A DNA stretch of 64,000 bases, taken from contig CAWJKZ010000021.1 of assembly GCA_963843575.1 (NCBI GenBank), positions 32,001 through 96,000 of the forward strand, given 5' to 3'. A program made the position numbers and the translations under genes. This document shows, piece after piece, positions 10,443-19,606 of this stretch. A model generated the notes under the pieces. That model was not told the DNA's origin, did no database searches, and worked only from the letters and a program-made list of their open reading frames with translations. Positions within the stretch are counted from its first letter, which is position 1. Every line of letters begins with the position of its first letter. Source of the DNA: an uncultured Acidobacteriota bacterium (GTDB lineage Bacteria > Acidobacteriota > UBA6911).

Positions 10443-10904
10443 ATGAAGCCCCACCCCCACGGAAATCCCGACCCCCGTGTCGTGGAAAGGAGATCGGGCG
10501 CGGACCGGCGCAGGAGACAATCGTTCTTGCCGGAGTTGTCGTCGCGGCGCAGGCGTCACCGCAGCGGCCGGCGGAGGGACGACCGGGGGTACGTCGACCG
10601 CTATGACGCACGCACCTGGGGCGTCGCGCTTTCCGTCCTGGTTCTTTCCGTGATGGATGCCTGGCTCACGGGCATGCAGATCGTCCAGGGGAAGAGCCGC
10701 GAGGCCAATCCTCTGATGGACTGGGTCATCTGCCACGCGGGACTGTGGACGTTTTTTGGCCTGAAAGCGGCGATGACGGCCCTCCCCCTGGCGATCATCG
10801 TCCTGCACAAGGAGTGGCTCATGGCGAGGTACGCCGCCCGCCTGTGTCTGTGGTGCTACGTCGGGGTCTCCGTGTATCACCTCTACCTCGTCCTGATTGT
10901 CTGA
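10443..10904 (+). CDS. DUF5658-like small membrane protein with an Arg-rich N-terminus
   Basis: LSVMDAWLT...REANPLM...FFGLK motif and hydrophobic helices; ERRSGADRR repeats at the N-terminus. Confidence 0.65.
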   Translation: MKPHPHGNPDPRVVERRSGADRRRRQSFLPELSSRRRRHRSGRRRDDRGYVDRYDARTWGVALSVLVLSVMDAWLTGMQIVQGKSREANPLMDWVICHAGLWTFFGLKAAMTALPLAIIVLHKEWLMARYAARLCLWCYVGVSVYHLYLVLIV

Positions 10905-11015
10905 GCCCGGTAGGCCCTTGTTCCCGAGCCGCTTGCAATGTCCTTCGGAACGGAATACCCTTCTCGGTCTGTTGGCATGCCCGAGGCCGATACTCCGCGG
11001 GCGGAAAGGGAAGGC

Positions 11016-11525
11016 ATGGCGAAGCAGTGGAACACCCCTCCCCAGATGGGCATCGATCCGAAAAAGAACTACCAGGCGACCCTGAAGACCGAAAAAGGCG
11101 ACATCGTCATTCAGATGTATGCGGACAAGGTTCCGCAGACGGTGAACAATTTCGTCTTCCTGGCCCGCGAGGGTTTTTACGACGGTGTGACATTCCACCG
11201 GGTTATAGTCGATTTCATGGCGCAGGCCGGGGATCCCACGGGGACGGGCCGTGGCGGGCCCGGTTACCGATTTGCCGATGAGTTCAGCCGCGACCTCAGG
11301 CACGACGCTCCGGGGATGCTCAGCATGGCGAACGCGGGCCCGAACACCAACGGATCGCAGTTTTTCATCACGCACGTCCCGACCCCCTGGCTGGACGGGA
11401 AACACGCGGTTTTCGGCAAGGTCACCTCCGGGCTGGAGGTCCTCATGTCGATCCCGCCGCGTGATCCCGGACGTGCCAGTGAGCCCGGCGTGCGCATCGA
11501 CACGGTCGAGATCCGCGAATCCTGA
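11016..11525 (+). CDS. Cyclophilin-type peptidyl-prolyl cis-trans isomerase
   Basis: [53 protein letters not shown]. Confidence 0.95.
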   Translation: MAKQWNTPPQMGIDPKKNYQATLKTEKGDIVIQMYADKVPQTVNNFVFLAREGFYDGVTFHRVIVDFMAQAGDPTGTGRGGPGYRFADEFSRDLRHDAPGMLSMANAGPNTNGSQFFITHVPTPWLDGKHAVFGKVTSGLEVLMSIPPRDPGRASEPGVRIDTVEIRES

Positions 11526-11756
11526 TCGGCTGAAAGACCTGCCGGGTATCGGATTGGCCTCGCGAAGCGGGTGGCCCCGTGCGACCTGCCGCGGGAGCGG
11601 GACGTCGCTGCTCCAGTGAGCCGCGGCGGCCCGACGTGCCTGCCCGTTTCAGACACTCCCCGGGCACGGGGCCGGGCCAACCCCGCCAGCCCGGTTGCGG
11701 GATCCGTGGGCCAAGGCCGGCGCACGAGGCCAGCCGGATTCACTTTCGGACAAGCG

Positions 11757-13217
11757 ATGAAAAAGATCCTCGGTATCGTCCTGTTTCTGGGGTTCGCTTT
11801 CCGGCTGGTCTTCCTCGGGAGGCGGCAACTCTGGACCGATGAGCTGATGCAGGCACTCGCCCTGCGCGCCGATTCGATTCCGGGGCTGCTCGAGAACCTG
11901 AGGAACGGCCTGGCGTGGCCGGCCCCTCTCGACTGCTTAATCCAGAGAGGGTTCGTCGTCCTGTTCGGGGAGGCGGCCTGGGCGTTGCGCCTGCACGCCG
12001 CACTTCTGGGCTCGCTCTCGCTGTGGTTTTTCTACCGCATCGCCTGCACGCTCTTTGGGCCGCGCGTCGCACTATATGCGACGGCGCTTTTCGCGTTCTA
12101 CCCCCTCCACCAACACTACAGCCAGGAAGCGGGTCCATATGCCCTGCTGGTGCTCCTGACGCTCGCGTCCTACGACCTGCTATTCCGGATTCTGTCGGAC
12201 CGGGCGGGGAGTCGCGGAGCCTCGTTGTGGGTCTGGTTATTCGTGGTCCAGACGCTCCTGCTGTACACGAGCATCCTGGGGATCGTGGTGCTCTTCTCGC
12301 AGGCGGCGGGATTGTGTCTGACCTGGTGGACGGGCCGCGGGATCCGCGAGGGTGCCGGGCCCCAGCCCGACGACGCGGTGCCCGATCTGGGCGCCCCTCG
12401 TCCTGCACAGCTGCTCGGGTATGCGGCGTCGGTCGTGTCGGCGTGTGCCCTTTACCTGCCCTGGCTTTGGTATTCCTGGGCGAAGCCGGGGATGGTTGCG
12501 CCGGGTCAGCTCCTGAGCCCGCGCGTGTTGCTGGTGGCCCTCAAAGGTATCGGCGACGACAGTTTCCCGGTTGCCGCACTCATTCTCGTCGGGGCGGCCA
12601 CGGGTATCCACGCTCTCAGACGGCACCGCCGGCGCCGGGCATTGCAGTGGCTGCTCACGTGGGCGCTGGCCGGGATACCCGCCGCCTGGGCCCTGGACCT
12701 GTGGAGCGGGTATTTTTTCTCTACCCGGCAGTTGGTCGCGGCCGCGCCCCCGCTGCTGCTGCTGATCGGATACGGGTTGGGGCATGTGGGCGAGCGGCTG
12801 ACTCTACTCGACGAGTTCCCGTACCGGCTCAGTTCTCCGGCGCAGGTCTATGCCGCTGCATTCTTGGTCCTGGCCCTCGCCCTCAGCGAACTGCACTGGC
12901 GCAAGGTGCCGGCGGACTGGGCGGGAACGGCGCAGTATCTGCGGGAGACGCTGCGCGGCGGCGATGAACTCAGCGCCCCCGCCATCTCCCCGCTACTCGA
13001 GTTCCACGCACCGTCCCTCGGGAAGTTCCGTTCGGCGGACCTGGATCCGGGCCCCGGCGGGCTCGTTCCTGCAGGCGGCCGCCGGCGGGTCGTGGTGTGT
13101 TTCAACGGGATGACGCCCGACCCTTGCCGCGGATTCCGTGCCGCCGTCGCCGGCAACCGGGCGTGGGTTCCGCGCCGGACGACCGGTTTCAGCGTGTTTG
13201 TGCGCGAGGGCAAGTGA
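11757..13217 (+). CDS. GT-C polytopic glycosyltransferase (GT39/ArnT/PMT_2-like)
   Basis: LWTDE after the first TM helix, ALRLHAAL, HYSQEAGPYAL, many TM helices. Confidence 0.75.
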   Translation: MKKILGIVLFLGFAFRLVFLGRRQLWTDELMQALALRADSIPGLLENLRNGLAWPAPLDCLIQRGFVVLFGEAAWALRLHAALLGSLSLWFFYRIACTLFGPRVALYATALFAFYPLHQHYSQEAGPYALLVLLTLASYDLLFRILSDRAGSRGASLWVWLFVVQTLLLYTSILGIVVLFSQAAGLCLTWWTGRGIREGAGPQPDDAVPDLGAPRPAQLLGYAASVVSACALYLPWLWYSWAKPGMVAPGQLLSPRVLLVALKGIGDDSFPVAALILVGAATGIHALRRHRRRRALQWLLTWALAGIPAAWALDLWSGYFFSTRQLVAAAPPLLLLIGYGLGHVGERLTLLDEFPYRLSSPAQVYAAAFLVLALALSELHWRKVPADWAGTAQYLRETLRGGDELSAPAISPLLEFHAPSLGKFRSADLDPGPGGLVPAGGRRRVVVCFNGMTPDPCRGFRAAVAGNRAWVPRRTTGFSVFVREGK

Positions 13218-13233
13218 GGGGGGGGAAGATCCC

Positions 13234-13788
13234 CTATTTCCCCTGGTAGATGTGGCTCTTGAGGATCCCGACAGAGCTCAGGTTGCGGTAGCGCTGGTTG
13301 TAGTCGAGGCCGAATCCCACCACGAATCTGTCCGGTATTTCGAAGCAGCGGTACTTCACCGGTATGTCGACGAGCCTGCGGGTCGATTTGTCGAGGAACG
13401 TGCAGACCGCAAGGCTGTTGGGCTGCCGCCCCGAAAGTACGTTCAGGAGATAACGCAGGGTCAGGCCGGTGTCGACGATGTCCTCGACGACCAGCACGTC
13501 GAGTCCGTGAATGTCCTGGTCGAGGTCCTTTGCGATCCGGACCACTCCCGGCAATGCCCGCCCGGGGGAAAAGCTGGCGATGCCGAGGAAGTCGATCCGT
13601 ACGGGGATATTCAAGGCATGCGCGAGATAGGTGAGGAAGAAGACCGCTCCCTTAAGCACCCCAACCAGCATCAACTCGCGCCCTTCGTAGTCGCGGGAGA
13701 TCTCGTCGGCGAGTTCCTGGATTCTCCGCTCGATGTGCTCGCGGGTGAACAGCACCCGTTCCAGATCGTCCTCGATTCCGGTGGTCAC
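13234..13788 (-). CDS. hpt: Hypoxanthine phosphoribosyltransferase
   Basis: GVLKGAVFF, VLVVEDIVDTGLTL (PRPP motif), FVVGFGLDYNQRYRNL. Confidence 0.92.
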   Translation of the reverse strand: MTTGIEDDLERVLFTREHIERRIQELADEISRDYEGRELMLVGVLKGAVFFLTYLAHALNIPVRIDFLGIASFSPGRALPGVVRIAKDLDQDIHGLDVLVVEDIVDTGLTLRYLLNVLSGRQPNSLAVCTFLDKSTRRLVDIPVKYRCFEIPDRFVVGFGLDYNQRYRNLSSVGILKSHIYQGK

Positions 13789-14771
13789 TGGGTGGTGGGC
13801 TCCTTCGCCGTGTATTTAAAGATAAGGTCCTCGAAGTCCTTCTGGTACAGAAGCCTTATTTTGACGTCGGGATAGAGCTCGAGCAACCGCCGCACCTTCC
13901 GGTTTTTCTTGGTGACCAGGGACTGCTTCATCGTGGTCAGCTCGACGTAGAGGTCACTGTCGGGCAGATAGAAATCTGGTGAAAACGCCTCGACCATGTT
14001 GCCCGCGGAATCGTACCTGAGCGGGAACGTCCGGGGTTCGTACTGCCACCGGATGCCGTAGAAGTCGAGGAGTCGAGCGAACACGAGTTCGCTCGGGTGG
14101 GCGAACTGTGTGAGACTCTGACTGTTTTCGAGCGAGAGCCGCGTCAGCGCGCGCAGCAGTCGGATCTGGTTGCGCAACCGGGCGCGTTCCACGGTTTCGC
14201 TCGACACCATCCCGAAGTCGGTCAGGTTTTTCAGCCTGGCGGCCACCAGAATGAGTTCGACCGTTTTCGACACGTCCAGGGCGCCCGTGTTGATCACGAG
14301 GTCGTAACGTTCTGGGGCGTCCGAAGGGCGGCGGAAGCTGGAGCGGAGAAACCGGGTGTGGCGTCGGTCGTGCTCCTCGAGTTCCGCCAGTGCGGCCTCG
14401 AAGGACGCTCCGGAATCCTGCATGACGTTATGGGCGCGCACGTCCCGTGTGGCGATCACCCGGATGCGGAGTGCGTTCGGGAAGGCCCGGAAGATGAACT
14501 GCCCGCCCCCCTCGAGCACCACGAGGTCGTTCAGTACGGACATGTCGGTCAGGATGGCCGAGATCAGGTTGGCAAACACCTTGCTGGTCTGGCTGTTCGG
14601 GGCCGTCCCCGACAGTTGCCCCGACAGGGAATAATCGAGCCGGTACTTCTCCCGGATGATATCGTCGATCTTAGCGGGTGTGACCAGTGTGAAGCCGAGT
14701 TGGTGGGCGACTTCTCTCGCCACGACGTCTCCGCGGCTCCCATGTTGTTCCGATATCGTGATTATGGACAA
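13785..14771 (-). CDS. Cytidylate-kinase-like domain fused to a PD-(D/E)xK-like domain
   Basis: Probable TTG start; IITISEQHGSRG...YDLVINTG (Cytidylate_kin2-like); FAHPSE...WQYEPRTF...FSPDFYL...YVELTT; stop overlaps the hpt start (GTGA). Confidence 0.7.
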   Translation of the reverse strand: MSIITISEQHGSRGDVVAREVAHQLGFTLVTPAKIDDIIREKYRLDYSLSGQLSGTAPNSQTSKVFANLISAILTDMSVLNDLVVLEGGGQFIFRAFPNALRIRVIATRDVRAHNVMQDSGASFEAALAELEEHDRRHTRFLRSSFRRPSDAPERYDLVINTGALDVSKTVELILVAARLKNLTDFGMVSSETVERARLRNQIRLLRALTRLSLENSQSLTQFAHPSELVFARLLDFYGIRWQYEPRTFPLRYDSAGNMVEAFSPDFYLPDSDLYVELTTMKQSLVTKKNRKVRRLLELYPDVKIRLLYQKDFEDLIFKYTAKEPTTQ

Positions 14772-14983
14772 TCCGTTCGCCGGCTCTCGCTTTCCCGTGC
14801 CCCGCGCGGCACACCGCATTCGCCGGGCGCGATTCCGCCGTCCCCGAGCGGTTGTTTACCACATCGTCCGCGCTTCGACAACACCCCGCATTCGGGAGCC
14901 GCTTCCGGGAATGGGAGCGCGGCCGTGTGGTAGCATGGACTGCGGGGACGGGGGAGGCGTTGTTCGTTGAACGGAGACCTGGT

Positions 14984-15865
14984 ATGGCCGAATGGTTGCG
15001 TCGAAGCGCCCTGTACGTGCCGGGGGACAGTGAGAAGATGCTGCAGCGCGCCGCCAGCGCTGGTGCGGACATGCTCTTGTTAAACCTGGAGGACGGGGTC
15101 GCGTCGTCGCGGAAGGCTGTCGCCCGCGTAAACGTCGCGAGAGCCCTGGACACGGCCGGGTTCGGGGCCGCCGAAGTGGTGGTACGGATCAACCCGCTGC
15201 AGACCGACAACGGGGTGCAGGACCTCGCCGCGGTCGTGCCGTCGCGCCCTCACGGGATCTGCCTGCCGAAGGTGGAGGGCGCCGGGCACCTCAAGGATGC
15301 GGATGCCGCTCTCCGGGAACTCGAAACGGCGCACAACATCCCCGAGGGGAGCCTCCGGCTGCACGCGATGATCGAGTCCGCCGCCGCGGTCCTGCACGCG
15401 CCCGAGATCGCCCGCGCCAGCGCGCGGATGGGCTCGCTCGTTTTTGGTTTGGCCGACTACGCGGCCGACGTCGGCTGCCGCCCAGGCCCGGACCGATCCG
15501 AACTCTCATTTGCCCTGCAGATGATCGTCACCTCCGCGCGTGCCGCAGGGATCGACGCCCTGGACGCCCCCTGCTTCGATCTCGGCAACCTGGAGCGGTT
15601 GCGCGACGAGTCCGAGCGCGCGCGGCGCATCGGGTTCACCGGAAAAAGCGCACTGCACCCGGCTCAGCTTGAGATCATTCACGACGTGTTCCGGGTCAAC
15701 GCGGAGGAGATCGCCTGGGCCGAAAGGGTGCTGGACGAGCTCGACCGGGCGGAGGAGCGAGGTCGAGCCCTGTCCACCATCGACGGGAACCTGATCGACA
15801 ACCCGCATCGGATTGCCGCCGAACGGATCCTACGCCGCAAGCCGCGGGATCCCGCCCGGGAATGA
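14984..15865 (+). CDS. CitE/HpcH-HpaI family CoA ester lyase
   Basis: RRSALYVPG, LEDGVA, VVRIN, LPKVE, MIESA, FGLADY, GFTGKSALHPAQ. Confidence 0.88.
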   Translation: MAEWLRRSALYVPGDSEKMLQRAASAGADMLLLNLEDGVASSRKAVARVNVARALDTAGFGAAEVVVRINPLQTDNGVQDLAAVVPSRPHGICLPKVEGAGHLKDADAALRELETAHNIPEGSLRLHAMIESAAAVLHAPEIARASARMGSLVFGLADYAADVGCRPGPDRSELSFALQMIVTSARAAGIDALDAPCFDLGNLERLRDESERARRIGFTGKSALHPAQLEIIHDVFRVNAEEIAWAERVLDELDRAEERGRALSTIDGNLIDNPHRIAAERILRRKPRDPARE

Positions 15866-16011
15866 ACCGTCTTCATCGGCCGGACCCGCTCCCCGGTTCC
15901 GGGCCTTCGCCGCAGACGTGCGAACGATTAAAGGCATGCAGGCGGCGCCGGGCGTCGGGCGCGAGCCGTGATATCATCCCATGCTATTATCCATAGACTT
16001 AGCCGGGAACA

Positions 16012-19000
16012 ATGGCAGCCAAGATCTGGAGAATCGGTTACCGGGCCCGCCGCACGTGGGTCGCGTACTTCGTCGCGCTGGTCGGTTTGGCGGTCACGGC
16101 CGTCGCCGCGGCCTATGTCGCGCGTGCCACGCGCGACAAGGATCAGGCGCGCTATGAAAGTACGGCCTGGCACATGTCCGACTCCATCCAGCACAGCATC
16201 GACACCTACATCGCCATATTGCAGGGGGGGGCCGGCCTGTTTGCGGCTTACCCCTCGGTAACCCGCGAGGTGTTCCAATCGTACGTCGCGAGGATGGAAC
16301 TCTCGGAGCGGTTCCGCGGGGTGCAGGGTGTGGGGTTTGCGGAGCGGGTCGCAAGGCGTGACCGGCAGGCCTTCGTGGAACGCATGCGGCGGGCCGGGAT
16401 CAAGCGCCTCATCCCAGGGGCAGCGGAACTGCCGTTTGACATCTGGACCCTCGGGGCGGACCAGGAGTTTCCGGAACAATACCCGATCGTCTTTCTCGAG
16501 GAGATGGATCGGCGGAACAAGGCGGCGATCGGCTTCGACATGTTCTCGGATCCCGTGAGACGCGAAGCGATGGAGCGTGCGCGGGACCTTGGTCGCGCGG
16601 CGGCTTCGGGGAAGGTCAGGCTGGTCCAGGAGATCGACGAACCGAAGCAGGCGGGCTTCCTGATCTATGTCCCCGTCTATCGGGGCGGGCGCATTCCGGA
16701 GTCGGTGGCCGAAAGGCGGGCGCTGATTCTGGGCTACGTCTACAGCCCGTTCCGCGCGGACGATCTGCTCCGCAGCGTCTCGCAACCCGAGGGGATGTCG
16801 GGGCTGGATTTTTCCGTCTACGACGGCACCCAGCGCCGGGAGGAAGATCGGATTTACTCCTCGGGTGCTCAGCGGCGGGTGGGTGAGCAGGCGGCGGCCT
16901 TCACGTCGATTTCGACCGTCGACGTCGCGGGGCGGCAGTGGACGGCCCTGTTTGCGTCCAACGCCCGGTTCGAATCCTCGTCGGGACGGAGCTTCATCGG
17001 CTGGGTCGGGTTTTGGGGAGCCCTCATCACCTTTCTCCTGTTCATCGCAACCCGCTCGCAGGCCAGGGCGAGGGCGACGGCCGAGGACGGGGCAGCAGAA
17101 CTGCGCGCCTCGGAGCTCGCCCTGAGGCTGAGCGAGGCGCGTGCCAGGCGGCTGTTCGAGTCGAGCCTGATCGGGATCGTCTACTGGGATGTGTCCGGCC
17201 GGATCGTCGACGCCAACGAAGCATTCCTGGAGCTGGTGCAGTACTCGCCCGAGGACCTCGAGGCTGGAGCGCTGACGTGGTCCGAGCTTACCCCTGGTGA
17301 GTATGTCGAGGCCGACGCGCGCTCGGGTCTGGCGTTGGCCACCGAGGGGATGCACGCGCCTTATGAGAAGGAGTTTTTCCGCAAGGGCGGCGGCCGAGTG
17401 CCGGTCCTGGTGGGGAACGCTCGGGTCGAAGGTTCTGACGGCCTGAACGTGGGGTTCGTCGTCGATTTGAGCGAGAGAAGGCGCGCGGAACAGGCCGAGC
17501 GCGCAAGCGAGGAGCGGCTCCGCCTGACCGCGGACGCGGTCCCCGCGCTGATCTCCTACATAGACGACCAGGCCCGGTACCGGCTGACCAACCGTGCGTT
17601 CGAAGAGTGGTTCGGGTTCTCGCGCGAGCAGGCCTACGGCAAGCCCATGCGCGCGGTACTCGGCGACGACAACTACGCCCGTCTCGAGCCGCACCTCCGG
17701 ATGGCGCTCTCGGGACGGCCGGTCAATTTCGAGGCGAGGCTCGATACGCGGGGCGGGCGGAAGCGCGATATTCAAGGGGCCTACATCCCCGACCTGGAGC
17801 CGAACGGGAGCGTCCGTGGACTGGTGGGGTTCATCAACGACATTACCGACAGGAAGCAGGCCGAGGAGGAGCGCAGCCGGCTACTCGCCCGCGAACGCGA
17901 GGCACGGTCGGAAGCCGAAACCCTGAACCGGATCGGCCGCAGCCTTTCGGCGGAGCTGGACATCGACAAGCTGGTGCAGGGGCTCACCGATGCGGCCACG
18001 ATGCTGACGGGTGCGAGATTCGGGGCGTTCCTTCAGATGTCGCCCTCGGCCGGCGGGGCTCCCGCAGCGCACGCGGTTTCGGGGGATTTCTCCGGCAGCC
18101 GCTCGCCGGAGTGGTGGGGGCGCCTCATCCCGGCCGGCGTGTCCCTCGGCGGCGATCCGGTGCGCATGGACGAACCGGTCGGGCAGGCCGCCGCGGCCGG
18201 GGGCGCCGGCCCGGCGATCCGCAGCCACCTGTCGGTTCCGGTGCGGTCGCGAGCCGGGGAGGTGTTTGGCGCACTGCTGGTGGGTCACACCGAGCCAAGC
18301 CGCTTTACCGAACACCACGAGCGCATCCTGAACGGCATCGCCGCGCAGGCAGCGGTCGCCCTCGACAACGCCCGGCTTTATCGGTCCAACGAGGAAGCGC
18401 GCCAGGAGGCCGTCGCGGCCAACCGGACCAAGGATGAGTTCCTGGCGATTGTCTCGCATGAGTTGCGCACTCCCCTGAACGCGATCCTCGGCTGGGCCCA
18501 CCTGCTGCGTCAAGGGCGGCTGGATCCCGAGCAGTCCGCACGCGGGATCGAGACTATCGAGAGGAACGCCCGGGCGCAGGCGCAGCTGATCGGTGATCTC
18601 CTGGACGTTTCGCGTATCGTGTCGGGGAAGCTGCGGCTGGAGCGGCAGGAGGTGAACCTCTGCTCGGTGGTCGAGGCCGCGATCGAGACCGTCGCCCCGG
18701 AGAGCGCGGCCAAGGGCGTGCGTGTCGAGAGCAATCTGGACCCGGTGGCCGTGGTGGGCGACCCGGGACGATTGCAGCAGGTGGTCTGGAACCTGCTGTC
18801 GAACGCCATCAAATTCACTCCGTCTGGAGGATCGGTACAGGTCACCCTGTCTCGCGGAACGGGAAGCGCCGAAATCCGCGTCGCCGACACCGGGAGCGGA
18901 ATCCCGGCGAACCTGCTGCCGCACATTTTCGACCGGTTTCGGCAGGGGGAGTCCTCGTCGATGCGCAAGCACGGGGGGCTCGGTCTCGGGTTGGCCATCG

Positions 19001-19554
19001 TCCGCAATATCGTCGAACTGCACGAGGGCACCGTGCAGGCTGCGAGTGCCGGCGAGGGGAAAGGATCCGAGTTCACCGTCAATCTCCCGGTGTCCCGCAC
19101 CCAGGCGGCGCCGCCCGATGATGTGCGCGATGCCGCACCCGGCCCGGTTCCGCTCAACGGACTGCGGGCGCTCGTCGTGGAGGATGAGCGGGATGCCCGT
19201 GACCTAGTCTCCGTCGCACTCGAACATGCCGGCGCACGTGTGCTCGCCGTGGACTCGGCCGCCCGGGCGTTTGTGGCGGTCCGGACGTTTCGTCCGGACG
19301 TCGTGATCAGCGACATCGGGATGCCGGGCGAGGATGGGTACGCCCTGCTGGGCAGGATCCGGGCGGCCAGCGAACTTGTCCCGGCCGTGGCCCTGACGGC
19401 CTTTGCCGGCGAAGAAGATCGGCACCGCGCCATGAGCGCCGGCTTTCAGGCGCACATCGCCAAGCCGGTCGATCCCGAACGCCTCATCCTCCTAGTGGCG
19501 CGGCTGACGGGACGGGACGGCCCCGCAGAAGGGGCCCAGGCCCCGCGACGCTGA
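16012..19554 (+). CDS. Hybrid sensor histidine kinase (CHASE-PAS-PAS-GAF-HisKA-HATPase-REC)
   Basis: AIGFDMFSDPVRREAM (CHASE); two PAS domains; FLAIVSHELRTPLNAI; NLLSNAIKFT; GGLGLGL; ISDIGMPGEDG; HIAKP. Confidence 0.93.
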   Translation: MAAKIWRIGYRARRTWVAYFVALVGLAVTAVAAAYVARATRDKDQARYESTAWHMSDSIQHSIDTYIAILQGGAGLFAAYPSVTREVFQSYVARMELSERFRGVQGVGFAERVARRDRQAFVERMRRAGIKRLIPGAAELPFDIWTLGADQEFPEQYPIVFLEEMDRRNKAAIGFDMFSDPVRREAMERARDLGRAAASGKVRLVQEIDEPKQAGFLIYVPVYRGGRIPESVAERRALILGYVYSPFRADDLLRSVSQPEGMSGLDFSVYDGTQRREEDRIYSSGAQRRVGEQAAAFTSISTVDVAGRQWTALFASNARFESSSGRSFIGWVGFWGALITFLLFIATRSQARARATAEDGAAELRASELALRLSEARARRLFESSLIGIVYWDVSGRIVDANEAFLELVQYSPEDLEAGALTWSELTPGEYVEADARSGLALATEGMHAPYEKEFFRKGGGRVPVLVGNARVEGSDGLNVGFVVDLSERRRAEQAERASEERLRLTADAVPALISYIDDQARYRLTNRAFEEWFGFSREQAYGKPMRAVLGDDNYARLEPHLRMALSGRPVNFEARLDTRGGRKRDIQGAYIPDLEPNGSVRGLVGFINDITDRKQAEEERSRLLAREREARSEAETLNRIGRSLSAELDIDKLVQGLTDAATMLTGARFGAFLQMSPSAGGAPAAHAVSGDFSGSRSPEWWGRLIPAGVSLGGDPVRMDEPVGQAAAAGGAGPAIRSHLSVPVRSRAGEVFGALLVGHTEPSRFTEHHERILNGIAAQAAVALDNARLYRSNEEARQEAVAANRTKDEFLAIVSHELRTPLNAILGWAHLLRQGRLDPEQSARGIETIERNARAQAQLIGDLLDVSRIVSGKLRLERQEVNLCSVVEAAIETVAPESAAKGVRVESNLDPVAVVGDPGRLQQVVWNLLSNAIKFTPSGGSVQVTLSRGTGSAEIRVADTGSGIPANLLPHIFDRFRQGESSSMRKHGGLGLGLAIVRNIVELHEGTVQAASAGEGKGSEFTVNLPVSRTQAAPPDDVRDAAPGPVPLNGLRALVVEDERDARDLVSVALEHAGARVLAVDSAARAFVAVRTFRPDVVISDIGMPGEDGYALLGRIRAASELVPAVALTAFAGEEDRHRAMSAGFQAHIAKPVDPERLILLVARLTGRDGPAEGAQAPRR

Positions 19555-19606
19555 AGCTTCGATCCAGCCAGACGGGGTGTGCCCGACCCTGTGATAACAT
19601 TGCATC

